Origin: an uncultured Verrucomicrobiae bacterium | Lineage (GTDB): Bacteria; Verrucomicrobiota; Verrucomicrobiia; Chthoniobacterales; Chthoniobacteraceae | Length of the DNA: 64,000 nucleotides | Assembly (NCBI GenBank): GCA_963828525.1 | Contig: CAWHEP010000002.1 | Location: 539,115-603,114, forward strand | Direction of reading: 5' to 3' | Part shown: piece after piece, positions 44,008-56,328 of the stretch | Layout of the letters: each line of letters begins with the position of its first letter | How positions within the stretch are numbered: position 1 is the stretch's first letter | Notes under the pieces: model-generated | What the model was told of the DNA's origin: nothing | What the model saw: only the letters and a program-made list of their open reading frames with translations | Databases searched by the model: none | Made by a program: the position numbers and the translations under genes

Positions 44008-46663
44008 TCAAAACTTAAGCGGCTCGGGCGGGGCAAGATGGATCGTGGAATCATCCTTCGTGCTATCGAGCGCGCCGGCTGCTTCCGCACGCCGCACCGG
44101 CACGGGCCCCTCATCCGCCGGGGCTGAACCGGAAATCGGGGCGCCGGGGCGACCGGGCCGTTGACGTTGACGGGCGTGGTCGTGGTATCGGCCGGAGAGG
44201 CGCCGGGAGGTAGGGCATCGTCGCCCACGCGGTGCGCCGGCAGGACGGTGGTGCGATTTCATGGTGCTGAAAGGATCGGCATCGCCCACGACCGTCTGGC
44301 CTTGCATGGGTACGGCGGTCACTTTCCCCAGGTCCACGGCCAGGGTGGCCCGAGGGTATTGCGAGGGGGTGGTGGGCGTGTTGAGCGGGCTTTGCATGGT
44401 GGCCTGGCTGGCCACGAGTCCCGGCTCGGAGTGCACGCGAGCATTTCACCTTGGGCGCCTGGTCGTCGGTGGCCAGTTCGAAATAGGTCGTGCGATGCTG
44501 GATGTCCAGCCCGGTGGCTTTGTCCTTCACCAACTCGAAGCAGCGATCGGTGGCCAGTTGCCCCGAAGCGGTGCAAATTTCGTATTTCTGCAGGCCGGCG
44601 CGGCTGGGGGATTTCCGTGGCGGGATGCTTCTGGAACGAGCTGTTCATGACATCCACCCATACGGGCAGGACGACATCGCTGGAAAAGGCGCCGCGATAG
44701 ATCGGGTCCGGCTTGTCGAACCCGGCCCAGACGCCGCAGGTGATGCTGCTGGAGTAGCCGATGAACCAGTCGTCGGTGAAGTTGTAGGCCGTGCCGGTTT
44801 TGCCCGCCAGGGGGAACTTCTTCAGACCCGTAGGTGGTGAAGGCCTTGTAGCCGGTGCCCTGGTCCAGGACGTCGGAAAGGCAGGAGTGCACCTCGTAGG
44901 CCGTGGTGTCCTTGATCACGAATCTCTTCTCCGGGTGGGACTCGAAGATCATGGCGCCGTTTTTATCCACGATGCGCTGGATGATGTACGGCTCCGCCGG
45001 GCGCGAGCCGGCATCGGGGAAAATGGTGTAGGCGAGCGTGACGTCCATGAGCGTCATCTCGCTGCTGCCGAGGTAAGTGGCGGGGAAGCGCCGCAGGTTG
45101 AGCACTTCGCTGCCCTTCTCGTCCTTGCCCATGACGCGGGCCAGTCCGGCGCGCTTGGAAAGGGCGATCACGTTATCGATGCCGGTCTGCATGCCCAGGC
45201 GCACGGTCGCGGCGTTCTTCGATTTCACAAGCGCCTGCCGGGCGGGAATCGCGCCCCTCATATTGGTTGTCGACCCGCTCCGGGCCCCACTCGCCCAGGA
45301 TGCCGACCGTGCCGCCGATCATGATCTGGCGGTTATCCATGATGCTGTCCTGCACGGTGGTGCCCGGGAAAAAGCCCTTCTCGAAGGCCGCCGCAAAGAC
45401 GAACGGCTTGAAGGCGGTGCCCACCGGCCGCGCGGCGGTGAGGGCGCGGTTGTACTGGCTCTGGTTGAAATCGCGGCCGCCCACCAGCGCGAGGATGCCG
45501 CCGTCGGCGTTATCCAGCACGACCACGGAGCCCTGCAAATAATCGGGCGCGGGCGGCTCCTTGTCGTCCGCATCGCCGTTCAGCGCGGCGCTGGCGCAGG
45601 ATCTCCGCATACTGCGCGAAGGTCTGGTGCGTGTAGCCGGGGTGGTTCTCCGTGTCCTCCAGGTGCGCGCGCAGCGATTGCTCGGCGCGCTTCTGCAGGT
45701 CGGGATCGATCGTGGTGTAAATCTGGTAGCCATCCGCGATGGCGCGGTCCTTGCCCACGATCTCATCCACCTGCTGGCGGATCATGTCCACGGCGTAGGA
45801 ATCGGTGTGGACCGGCTTGCGGTTCTTGACCGCCAGGTCCGAGGCCGATCTCCTTTTCATAAGACCTCCTCGCGTGATCATTTTTTGATCGAGCATGCGG
45901 CCGAGCACGAAGTTCCGCGAATCGATGCAGGCCTGCCGGTTTCCCCAAGGCGAGAGGTTGTTCGGGTTTTTCAGGAGGCCCGGCCAGGGTGGCGCACTCG
46001 GAGAGATTCAGGTCCTTGCACGTCCTTGCCGAAATAGCCGCGCGCGGCCGCCTGCGCGCCGTAGAAACCCGAGCCGAAATAGACCCGGTTCAGGTAGAGG
46101 GTCATGATCTCCTGCTTCGAGAAGCGCTTCTCGATTTCCAGGGCGAGGAAGATTTCCGTCATCTTCCGCTCGTAGGTGCGCTCGTGCAGGGCGAAGGTAT
46201 TGCGCGCGAGCTGCTGGGTGAGCGTGCTGGCCCCCTGCTTGATGTGGCCGGCGCGCCAGTTTTTGAGGGCCGCGCGGAACATGCCGTAGAGGTCGATGCC
46301 GTGATGCTGGTAGAAGCGGTTATCCTCCGCGCCCACCACCGCCTGGGTGAGCGTGTAGGGGAAATCGGCGACCGTGTCGCGATTCTCCAGGAAGATGCGG
46401 CCGAGCGAGTTGCCGTTGCGGTCGAAGATGGTGCTGGCCGATTCCATCTCCTTGAGCTGCGAGAAATCGAACTGCGCGGCCTTCGCGCCGTAGACGCTCT
46501 TGAGCTTCAGGTAATAGCCGAAGCCGCCCACGAGCGGCAGGAGCACGAGCAGCACCAGCAGGATAAACCAGAGGCGGCGGTAAAAAGGCTTCCGGCGCGG
46601 CATATAGGCAGCGTACGGATCATAGGGGTCCGGTCTCATTTCGGGCGAGGGGATACTTACCAT
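44008..46663 (-). CDS. Class A penicillin-binding protein (PBP1A-like); frameshifted
   Basis: EDNRFYQH.GID, QGASTLTQQLA, YLNRVYFG; transpeptidase region GTAFKPF, SKN, GKTGT. Confidence 0.92.
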
Positions 46664-46711
46664 CGCTTTCCCCGCGCTCAACTTGTTTCGCACTCGCCCG
46701 CCCCTCATCGC

Positions 46712-47833
46712 ATGCCCGAAAACCCGCTCGAGACCGAAATTCGCGCCCGCATCGCCCGGCAGCGGGCCGATGCCCTTCCGGGATTTCATGGAACTGGCGC
46801 TGTACGATCCGGACGCACGGTTATTACGCCTCCGGCCGGGCGGCCATCGGGCGCGGCGGGGATTATTTCACGAGCGTGAGCGTCGGGCCCGGTCTTCGGG
46901 AGGCTGCTGGGGTTTCAATTTCGTGAAATGTGGGAGCGGCTTGGGCAGATGCGAGCCGTTCACGGTCGTGGAGCAGGGGGCGAACGACGGGGCGTTCGCC
47001 GCGGATGTGCTGGGGTGGGCGCGCGACGAGGCGCCGGATTTTTTTGCGGCGCTGCGGTACGAGATCGTGGAGGGCTTCGCGCCCTTGCGGAGCCGGCAGG
47101 AGGAGCGGCTGGCGCGAGTTTCGCCGGCTCAGTGGCCTGGCGGGCCAGCCTGGAGGAGATGCCGCCATTTACCGGCGTGCATTTTTCCAATGAACTGGTG
47201 GATGCGTTTCCCGTGCATCTGGTGCGGTATTCGGCGGCGGCAATGGTACGAGCGCCATGTGGGAGAGCGGATGGGTGGACCTGCCGGTGCGAAACCCGGC
47301 GCTTGCTGGAGCGGCTGGCGCGGCGTCCCGCGCATCGAGGGATACACCACGGAGGTGAACCTGGAGGCGTTGAAGTGGGCGGAGGCGGTCTCCGGCAAGC
47401 TGAAGCGCGGGCTGGGTGCTGGCGGTCGACTACGGATTTCCCCGCGACGCGCTATTACGAGTCCCGCGCGCAGCAGCGGAACGTTGCAGGCGTATTCCGG
47501 CGCATGCGCGGCGAGCCGATCCGCTGGCCAGCCCGGGGCTGGCCGATCTGACCGCGCATGTCGATTTCACGAGCCTGGCGGAGGCATTTCTGGGGCAGGG
47601 CCTGGAGCTGGCCGGGTACACCGACCAGCATCATTTCCTGGTGGGATTGGTGGCGCAGGGCGATGCCCAGCCCGGGCGCGAAAGAAGCGCGTGAGTTAAA
47701 AACGCTGCTGCACCCGGAGATGCTGGGGAGTTCCTTTCAGGCGCTGGTGCTCTCGTCGCGGGGTCACGCGAGCGCCCCACTGGCGGGCTTGGCAGTACGC
47801 GCGGGACCCGCGGCGGAACTCGGGCTAACCTGA
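46712..47833 (+). CDS. SAM-dependent methyltransferase, MidA/NDUFAF7 family; frameshifted
   Basis: PFRDFMELALYDP..YY, GDYFTS, VEQGA..G, SNELVDAFPVH, VDYG, DLTAHVDF. Confidence 0.9.
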
Positions 47834-47836
47834 TCG

Positions 47837-48990
47837 CTAACCGAGACTCGCCGCCCGCATGACCTCGAAGATGCCGCTCGATGCGCGCCGGCGGCGACTC
47901 GCAGGGGTGCGTAGTGAGCCAGCAGGCCACGCTGTCCGGCTCGGCGGGATCGAAGCCGTGCATGGCGGGCACCCATCTCCGGTTCATGAAGGACGGGGCG
48001 AAAATGGTGCGCGTTATGCAGCAGGTAGATGATCTCGCCATACCGCCCATCCGGGAAAAAGCAGCCCCACTTCCGCAGTTCCTCCCCGGTCACGATGCGC
48101 CCCTCGTTCCGCTCGCGCAGCCAAGCCGTGACCTCCTGCGCGCGCCGACGCGGGGCCAGGAAACCAGAGGCGCAGCATGGTGGAATCCCATACGGCGAGG
48201 TAGTCGCGGCCGAAGCGAAGGCCGCAGTTTTTCGAAATCGGCCAGCATCCCGCTGGCGGCGCGCGTGTTGACCATCCCGTGGTCGCTGAAGAGATGGATC
48301 CGCACCTCGCCGTAACGCTTGGCAGCGAGGGCGTGGATCTCGCGCAGCCATTGCTCGAAGCGGGCGAAGGCAGCATCCGTGGCCGGGCTGTCCGTGAGGT
48401 TCGCGTGCATGGTCGCGTCCAGGCCCGGAGGTAAAAAGATAGGCCAGGCGCGGCTCGCCGCGGTCGATGGCCTGCATGAGCTGGGCGACGTTCGTGGCAT
48501 CGTCCGAGCGCCAGTCGGAGCGCATCCAAGGGAGGCCGCTTTTTTTCCAATGCTCGAAGATGGCCGGCTGGCCGCCCAGAATCCCGCCCGGCTCGTAGAT
48601 ATCGCGTTTCTCGGTGTAGTCGAGGTAGGGCAGACGCGAAAAAGGGACGCTGTAGAGCTGGAAATAGCCGGTGTAGCCCTCCGCCCGGGCCACCCAGCGG
48701 CTCACCCGGTTCCGCACGCGGTGGTGGGCGGCGAGCGCATCGGGCAGCCAGGCCAGGCGCCGCATCCAGGCAAAGGGCGAGCCGCCCGGAGGAGCGGGCA
48801 CGAAGAAGGAAAAATGGCCGTGCTCCTGCGGCAGGCAGCCCGTCAGGATGCTGGGATCGCAAGTGCAGGAGTAACCGAAGAGCGTGTCGCAGGGCTGCCG
48901 GAAGGGAAAGATGTCCTCCATGAAGCGTCGCCGCTGCACCAGTTCCCAGCCGAGCGCATCCGCAAAGACGAAAAGATCGAGCCGCTTCAC
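47837..48990 (-). CDS. Alkaline phosphatase superfamily (nucleotide pyrophosphatase/phosphodiesterase-like) protein; frameshifted
   Basis: FVFADALGW, FGYSCTCDPSILTG..P.EHG, LDATMH, FSDHGM, MHGF. Confidence 0.82.
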
Positions 48991-49360
48991 AGGCCGAAAA
49001 TGCGGCGCACTTCGGCCGTGAGTTCCAGGGGGCTGAACGGCTTGGTGAGGAACGAGACGACGCCGAGATCGGCGGCTCGCTCCCGGGCGTTGATCTCGCC
49101 GCGGGAGGTGAGCATGACCACCGGCAGTTGCTCCAGTCCCGGCACCTGGCGGATTTGGCGCCACGAGTGGCAAAGCCGTCCATCTCCGGCATGACCAGGT
49201 CGACCAGCAGGAGGTCGAATTTCTCCGCGGCCAGCCGCTCCAGCCCCTCCGCGCCGCTGCCGGCGGTCTCGACCGTCGCGCCTGTCTTTTGCAGGACGAA
49301 TTGGAGGAGCCGCCGCATGTGGCGCTCGTCGTCCACGATGAGGATGCGTTTCGCGTTCAT
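48987..49360 (-). CDS. Single-domain response regulator
   Basis: ILIVDDE, DLVMPEMDG, MLTSRG, FLTKPFSP. Confidence 0.9.
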
Positions 49361-51088
49361 GGCTCGAGCCGGTTCACGGTCAAGAGCGGTGCGATCGTCG
49401 GCTGCGGGGAGATCGCCGCCGTAAGGCCTGCACAAAGGAAAGCAAGGGGCGCGCAGATATCCGCGGGGCCGCTCCGCCACATGCGGCCGATTTCCTCGAC
49501 GAGGCGCTTCATGCCGAGCATCTCCCGTCGCGCTCGATTTCGTAGAGCCCGTCGGTCAGGAATACAAGAGGTCGCCGTTCATGAGGGGGTGGGTGGCCTC
49601 TTCATACACGAAGCTTTCGAAGACGCCAATGGGGATGCCGTCCGTATGAAGCTGGAGGATATCGCCCGTGGCGCGGCGGCAGTGCAGCAGCGGGCAATGG
49701 CCGGCGTTGCTGAAGCGGACTTCGTTTTGCTCCTCGGAGACATAGGCGATCTGGGCCGTGATGAACATATCCACCGCCGCCAGGTCCGGCGCGATTTGCC
49801 TGTTCACGGCCGTGAGGAGCACGCCGGGCTGCGGGCGCGAGGTGCAATTGCGCGCGGATGGCGGTGCGCAAGACCGTGGCCATGAGCGCGGCGGGCATGC
49901 CCTTGCCCATGACATCGGCGATGACGAGCAGGATGCCATCGTCGCCCACCTTGAGTCGCATCGAAGAAATCGCCCCCCACGAGCCGGGCGCTCTGGCTCA
50001 CCCCGCGCACGCGGTAGCGCTCGCTGGAGGGGAATTGCCGCGGCAGGAGCGATTGCTGGATGGAGGCGGCGATCTCGATCTCGCGCAGCGTCCGCTGCTC
50101 CGCCTTGCGCTTTTCCTGGAGATCGTTCGTCGTGCGGACGATGCCCACGAAATCCGCCACGAATCGGATCAGGCTCAGCTCGCCCGCGGAGAAGTAGGGA
50201 TTGCCCGCCTGGCCTCCACCACCACCAGGCAGCCGAGCACGGTCGACTGAAAGAAAATGGGAGTGACATAAGTGCCGCCGGGAAAATGGCGCAGCGGATC
50301 GCCGGTGCGGCAGATCCAAGCCATGCGCGATGGTGGCGGGCGTGCGCGCGCGGAAGACGTCGCATTCCACGCAGCGGCAGATCGAGCGGCAGCGATTTCG
50401 GGAGTCCGTCAAGTGCGCGCGAGCAGGTCGAGGCTCGTGCCATCCGGCGAGACAAAGCGCACATAGGCCATCTCGGCCTGCACGAGGCTGAGCAGGCGCG
50501 TGAAGGAGCGCTCCAGGAACTGGCTGAAATCCGACGCCGTGGCCAGTTCCTCGGCAAAGCGGAAGAGCGCGGAGAGCTCCTCGTAGCTGCGGCTCAAATC
50601 CTCCGCCATGGAATCGAGCGTGCCCTCCATTTCCGCGACCCGTTCGGAAGACCAGGCTGGCGTCGCCGATTTTCTTCTCGCATGCGGATGACGTGCGCCC
50701 GTCCTCGCGGGTGTGCTCCACCTCGTCCATGAGCTGCGAGATGAGGAACGAGCCGCGCCCGCCCTCCGCGTAAATATCCTCCGGAAGGCTGGCCGCGCCT
50801 TGCTCCGGCGTGTATTCGCCGGGATCGTGGATGGCCACGTGCAGGGTCTCGCCGCTCCAGTGCCAGCGCAGCAGCACGCTGGCTCCCGGGCGCTCGGCGC
50901 AGCCGTGTTCGACCGCGTTGTTCAGCGCTTCCACCACGGCCAGCTCCACCTCCATCCAGATCTTCATCGGCCAGCCCGCGGGAGAGGCAATACTCGCGCA
51001 GCTTTCCGGCAGCGCCCGCGAGATGTTTTCAAGCTCCGCGGGCACGCGGCACTCCGCAAACTCCTCGTACGTGAAGCGGCTGGTTCAC
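49357..51088 (-). CDS. RsbW-type kinase + GAF-like + SpoIIE/PP2C phosphatase fusion; frameshifted
   Basis: ELAVVEALNNAVEHG, HDPG, EGGRG.FLI..LMD; EIEIAASIQQSLLP, VGGDFFD, IADVMGKG, NAGHCP, DDRT. Confidence 0.85.
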
Positions 51089-52272
51089 AGCGGGCGCAGC
51101 GCCAGTTGCAGGAAATTCCGGCGCAACGTCCGCGGCACGGTGTTTTCCTTCTGGATGACTTGGTACGCGGCGTGAATCCATTCGTCGGGCGCGCCCGCAT
51201 CATGGCAGCCCTCCAGATCGGCCCACGAGAATAATCCGCACGGGCTGCCGCGCAGCAACTGGGCGGTCTCGGCCGGCATTTGCTCCCAATCCGTTCTCCC
51301 GGCGGGGCAGGATGCCGAACCAGCGAAAATCGCCCGGCGGCGATCTGCTTGAGCCAGGGCCAGCGCCGCACGATCAACGGGCCGGCGGAGCCGGTCTGCA
51401 GGAGTGATTTCCGGGCCGCCCTCCGGATCGTCGATTACGCGGATTTCGCTCCACTTCTGCCGGGGCCAGAGAAGGGCGAGCGGGGCCAGCGAAAACCCAG
51501 GCCGCGGCGGCGGCGAGCGCCGTTCCAGCAAATTTGGGCCGGCGCTGTGCCGCGCCACGGAGGAAAGGATGAAGTTTTCGCGGACTTCCACGCGGCAGCC
51601 GCGCCGGACATCCACGAGCAGGCCCGCTTTGCGCGATGGCTCCGGCCACGCGCAGGTTCTGCCCCAGGTAGGTGCCGGGCGCGACGACCGCCTCGCAGAC
51701 CTGCACGCCCGCCATCGAGCACGCTGTTGGCGCCGATGAAGGCATCGGGCCCAATCTCGCAGCCGGGCCCGATCTCGGGCACCGGCCCCGATCCAGTAGG
51801 GCGCGATCAGCTTCGCAGCGGGATGCACGCCCGCCCGCGGGCCCACCCAGCCGCCGGGCGTCCGCTCAACATCCACATGGACGGCGCCGGATTCCCGGCC
51901 TTCGCAGCCAGTGGATTGCAGCGTCAGCCAATGCCGCAGCAGGGCTTCGGGCGGTAAAGGAGCGCGGCGCTATCCGCGGCGCCGCCCCGGCAGATGATCC
52001 ACGCGCACGGCCTCTGCGGGCGCGGCGGCATCTTCCATGAGCGGGATGACTTCCACCTTGCAGCTCCAGTAGGCGCCGCCTTCCAGGTGGCGCCGGATTT
52101 CCGCCGGCCGGTCGGAAGCGTAAATTTTTACCTCGTCCATCCCGAGTCGCACGGCTTCGTCCATCCAATGAGCGAGCAGGGATTGCGGGCCCACCGGCCA
52201 GAGGGCGAAGGGGAGCGGATTCCGCCAGAGGGTATCGATCTCCGCAAAGTTTGGCGCGAGCAGGCTGAGCAT
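51085..52272 (-). CDS. Degenerate NDP-sugar pyrophosphorylase-like protein with hexapeptide repeats and a sugar-transferase-like C-terminus; frameshifted
   Basis: PFALWPVG..LLAHW, IAPYWIG..EIGPGCEIGPDAFIG, PWL..IAAGR..LVG.LP. Confidence 0.5.
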
Positions 52273-52275
52273 GGA

Positions 52276-53004
52276 TCAGTAAGCTCCTTTCCCGAGCAGG
52301 ACGGCGGGCACCGTCTGCACCAGCAGCTTGAGATCAAGCCAGACGCTCTCCGAGCGGATGTACGAAACATCCAGCCGCACCTGGCCGGCGAAATCGATCT
52401 CGCTGCGGCCGCCCACCTGCCAGAAGCAGGTCAGGCCGGGCGTGGCGAGCAGGCGCTGCCGGTCTTCCACGGTGTACTGGGCCACCTCGCGCGGCACGGG
52501 AGGGCGCGGGCCTACCAGCGACATCTCGCCTTTGAGCACATTGATGAGCTGGGGCAATTCATCCACGGAAAACTTGCGGATCCATTTGCCCACCCGGGTA
52601 ATGCGCGGGTCGTTCTTCATCTTGAAGGTCACGCCGCCCTGCATCTCGTTTTGCGCCAGGATTTTGTCCTTGAGGGCGTCGGCATTCACCACCATGGAGC
52701 GGAATTTCCACATGCCGAAGGGCCGCCCGCGCAGCCCGACCCGCTGCTGCTGGAAAAAGAGCGGGCCCGCGATCCTCGAGCTTGATGAGCAGCGCCGTCA
52801 GCAAGAGCAGCGGCGAAAGGGCAGTGAGGGCGCAGAGCGCGCCCGATGATATCAAGGAGCCGCTTGAGCAACAGGGAACTGCCCACCACCGTCTTCCAGA
52901 GGGCCCGCTTGAGCCAGAGGCGCCCCCGGATGCGGGCCCGGCCCGACCGGCGTGGCGGCGTGGCGCCAGTAGGTCGGCGATTTCTTCGTCGGCGAGTCGC
53001 TCAT
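52276..53004 (-). CDS. Priming (undecaprenyl-phosphate) sugar transferase
   Basis: KRLLDI, KFRSM, DPRITRVG..IRK.S.DELPQL.NVL.GEMSLVGPRP, PGLT..WQV.GRS. Confidence 0.93.
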
Positions 53005-53624
53005 GCCATTTTCTCCAGCAAGGTTTTGACCAGCGCGGCGGGAAAAGCCGCATCCCGGTCCGGCTGCCACACGGAGGAGGCATGCCGCGCGGATGGGGCC
53101 ACGAAACGCTCGTGCATGGGGCGCACGCAATGTTCGTAAAGCCGCATCGTTTCCTCCGCCTCGATGCCGCGCTCCGCCAGGTCGCGCGAGACGCGGCGCA
53201 GGAGGCGCACATCGGCCGGAAGATCGACAAAGACCGAGAGATCGAAGAGGCGTCGCAGCCGCGCATCGTGGAGCACGAGCAAGCCTTCGACGATGATGAG
53301 GCTGGCCGGGTGAACGGTCACCGTATCCGCGGCGGCGGCGGTGCGTGGCGTAGTCGTAACGCGGGCGTCTCCACCGGGCGGCCGGCCCGCAATTCCGCAC
53401 GTGGCGGCGAAGGAGGGCGGCATCGAAGGCGCGCGGGATGATCGAAATTCAGCGCGCGCTGCCGGGCCGGCGGCAAATTCGATTGGTCCAGGTAGTACCA
53501 GTCCTGGCAGAGCAAGCGCGCTTCGGCGGGGCAGCTTGTCCAGGAGGTGATTCGCCAGATGCGATTTCCCGGAGGCGCTCCCCCCGGCGATGCCGATGAC
53601 GAGTGGACGCGCGGGACTCTTCAT
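53001..53624 (-). CDS. udk: Uridine kinase; frameshifted
   Basis: IGIAGGSASGKS, QDWYY, NFDHP, IIVEGLL, RLLRR..RD..ERG, V.PMH..FV.PS. Confidence 0.88.
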   Translation of the reverse strand: MKSPARPLVIGIAGGSASGKSHLANHLLDKLPRRSALALPGLVLPGPIEFAAGPAARAEFRSSRAPSMPPSFAATCGIAGRPPGGDARVTTTPRTAAAADTVTVHPASLIIVEGLLVLHDARLRRLFDLSVFVDLPADVRLLRRVSRDLAERGIEAEETMRLYEHCVRPMHERFVAPSARHASSVWQPDRDAAFPAALVKTLLEKMA

Positions 53625-54811
53625 GCGGGCGCCAAGGGGCGGAATGCGGATGGGCGACCCGCGCAAAGAGGTCTTCGAGGCGGGCCAGGTATTCATCGAA
53701 ATCATATTCCCGGGAGACGATTTCCAGGCCGCGCTCCCCCATCTGTTTCGCCTTGGCCTTATCCCGCAGCAGCTCGTCGAGCCGCGCCGCGAAAGCGCCG
53801 GTATCCATCCACGGCACCAGGAAGCCATTTTCGCCCGTCGCGCAGCCAGTCCTTGATGCCGCCGGCATCGAACGCGACCACGGGCAGCGCGTAGCGCATG
53901 ACCTCCAGGCCGATGGTGGCGATCGGCTCCGGCCAGACGCGAGGAAATCATGACCGCGGAGGTATCCCGGTAGTAGGAGGTCAGTTCCGCCTGCGGGATG
54001 AAGCCCTTGAAAGTGACCCGGCCCTCCAGCCCCAGCTTGCGGCTGAGCTTTTCGCAGGCGGCGCGGTGGTTGCCATCGCCCAGGATGATGGCCTCGAAAC
54101 GGCTCTCCACCTTGGCCAGGGCGCGCAGGAGGACATCAACGCCCTTGCCGCGGATCAACTGGCCGGCGTAGAGGAGGAGATTTCGGTCGGAAAAAGTACT
54201 GCGCAACTCGATGCCCGGGCGGGGCACCGGGGGGAAAATCTCGATGCGGTCCGGGGAGAGCCCGTTGATGACCAGCTCGTTCTTCATGTAGTTCGTGACC
54301 ACGAGGTGGCGGTCGAACTGGCGGTTCAGCGCGAGCTCTTCCAGCTTGGCAAAATAGCTGACCCACTTCAGCGGGAGGCCGCCGTCGCGGTTGCGCTTGA
54401 TGGGGGCGAGGCAGGGGAAAATGCAGTGCAATCCCGCCGGGCGGGTGCAAATTTTCCGCGTGAGCACGTCGTATTTGTAACTGCGCAGGCAGTAGGTGTC
54501 GTGATCGTGCACCATGCGGATGAGCGGACGGCCGGAGGCCACCAGGCCGCGCAACGACGGGAGATGCTCCCATTTATGGACGTAAACTACATCCGCCTCG
54601 AAGTCCGCCGGAGCGGAGTCTGCCTCGAGGAAGCAGATAAAAGCCATCGCTCGAACAGTTCCCGCCAGGCGGCCTCGTTTTTGCCCGTGCCCTTCTGGGT
54701 GAGAAGGCCGACCCGATGCCCCCGCGCTTTCATTTCCGTGGCGGTGATGAAGGCATTCGCCTCGGCGCCTCCCAGGCTGCCAAAACACTCGTGAACAAAG
54801 AGGAGATTCAT
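53621..54811 (-). CDS. Glycosyltransferase family 4; frameshifted
   Basis: GGAE, HD...C, GQLIRGKG, EPIATIGLE.M...PVVAFDAGG, G.NG.LVP. Confidence 0.9.
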
Positions 54812-54856
54812 GGGCGTAGCGCGTAAAAGCGCTTCCGTTCTGATAAAGCTAATTCT

Positions 54857-55183
54857 ATGCTCAAGCCCGGAATGACTACCCTCAGTGCGCATCTTTCCGG
54901 TCACGAAATTTACATCACCGTTTGCTTCGCCCGGCTGGACGCGGCGGCGGCCCGCGATTTCAAGAAGGATTGCGAGGAGGTGTGGAAACCCGGCCTGACC
55001 GGGGCGACCCTCGATCTTTCGCAGGTCGGCTTTATCGACAGTTCCGGCATCGGCGCCCTCCTCAGCCTGCAAAAGCGCCTTGCGCCGACGGGCGGGAGCG
55101 TGCGGCTGCATAACGTCCAGCAGCCCGTGCAGAGCGTGATCGAGCTGCTGCGGCTGCACCGTATCTTCGAGATCGTGGTCTGA
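54857..55183 (+). CDS. STAS domain protein (anti-sigma factor antagonist type)
   Basis: RLDAAAA, LDLSQVGFIDSSGIGALL, L.RL..IF. Confidence 0.92.
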   Translation: MLKPGMTTLSAHLSGHEIYITVCFARLDAAAARDFKKDCEEVWKPGLTGATLDLSQVGFIDSSGIGALLSLQKRLAPTGGSVRLHNVQQPVQSVIELLRLHRIFEIVV

Positions 55184-55189
55184 CCCGCC

Positions 55190-56328
55190 GTGGAGGCGCC
55201 CTGGCTATTTCCCGGTGAGGAACCGCGCTTGCGGGCTCTGCTGGATGGCTATCTCTCGTCGCTGGCCGAGAGCCTGAAGGCGCAGCCGTTCGCCGGCGGG
55301 GTGCGTGCCCTGGTGTTGGCCGGAGGATATGGACGGGGAGAGGGGGGCATCTTTCGCGGCGCGGAAACAGCCGAGCCGCAGCTTTACAACGACCTGGAGT
55401 TTTATTGCGTGCTGGCGGCGCGATCAACCGGCTGCAGCCGGTCGAGCAATGGTGCGCGCTCCAGGCGCACCGTGGGGATGAAATGCTGGGGATCGAGGTG
55501 GAATTCAAGGTGCTGCCGCGAGAGCGCAGTTCACGGCCGGGCGAGCCGTCGATGTTTTTCTACGATCTGCTGTCGGCGCACCGCCTCGTGTATGGTTCGC
55601 CCGCGTTTCTGGAGGCGCTGCCCGGCGCCGCTGCGGGAGCGGGCGTTGATCCCGGCGCACGAGGCCGCGCGGCTGCTTTTCAATCGCGGCAGCGGCCTGT
55701 TCTATTCCTCGGTGGCGCTTACAGGGAGGGGACGCGCGGGCGACGAACGGGTTCGTGGAGCGCAACCACGCCAAGGTCTGGCTCGCCCTCGGCGACGCCG
55801 TGCTGGCGCTGAACGGCGGATATCATTTTTCCTGCGTGGAGCGCCACCGCCGTCATCGGCAGAGCCCCTGGCGCTGACTCCGCCGGATTGGCCGCTGCTC
55901 GTGGAGTGGCACGCCGAGGGCGTGGAGTTCAAGTTGCACCCGCGCCATCGCCAGCCCGGCCTGGCGGCACTGCGGGAGCGGCAGGAAGCGTTGGCCGAGG
56001 TCTGGATGCGCACCTTTCTCTGGCTGGAAGCGCATCGTCTGGAGGCCAGCTTTCCCGAGCGCCGTGTCCTACGGCCGCTCATCCCGGCCGGCTTTTCCCG
56101 CATACCTCCGCTGCGCGAAATCTGGCCCTGCATTTGCGCGACCGCCTGAAACGCGGGGCGGCCTTGCCCGGGTGGACCGATTACCCGCGCGCCGCCCTCC
56201 AGCGCGCGCTGGTTTTGCTTTTGATGCCGGCGCCGGATCTCGCCGGGCGGCCCGCTGTCTCGGCTTGCGACCGCGCTTCGCTTGGAGGAAATCCACACGC
56301 ATTACGAGCGCTGGTGGAAATGTTATAA
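55190..56328 (+). CDS. Pol-beta-like nucleotidyltransferase-fold hypothetical protein; frameshifted
   Basis: LVLAGGYGRGEGG..LYNDLEF; helical C-terminus (EAARLLFNRG, K.WLALGDA.L). Confidence 0.6.
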
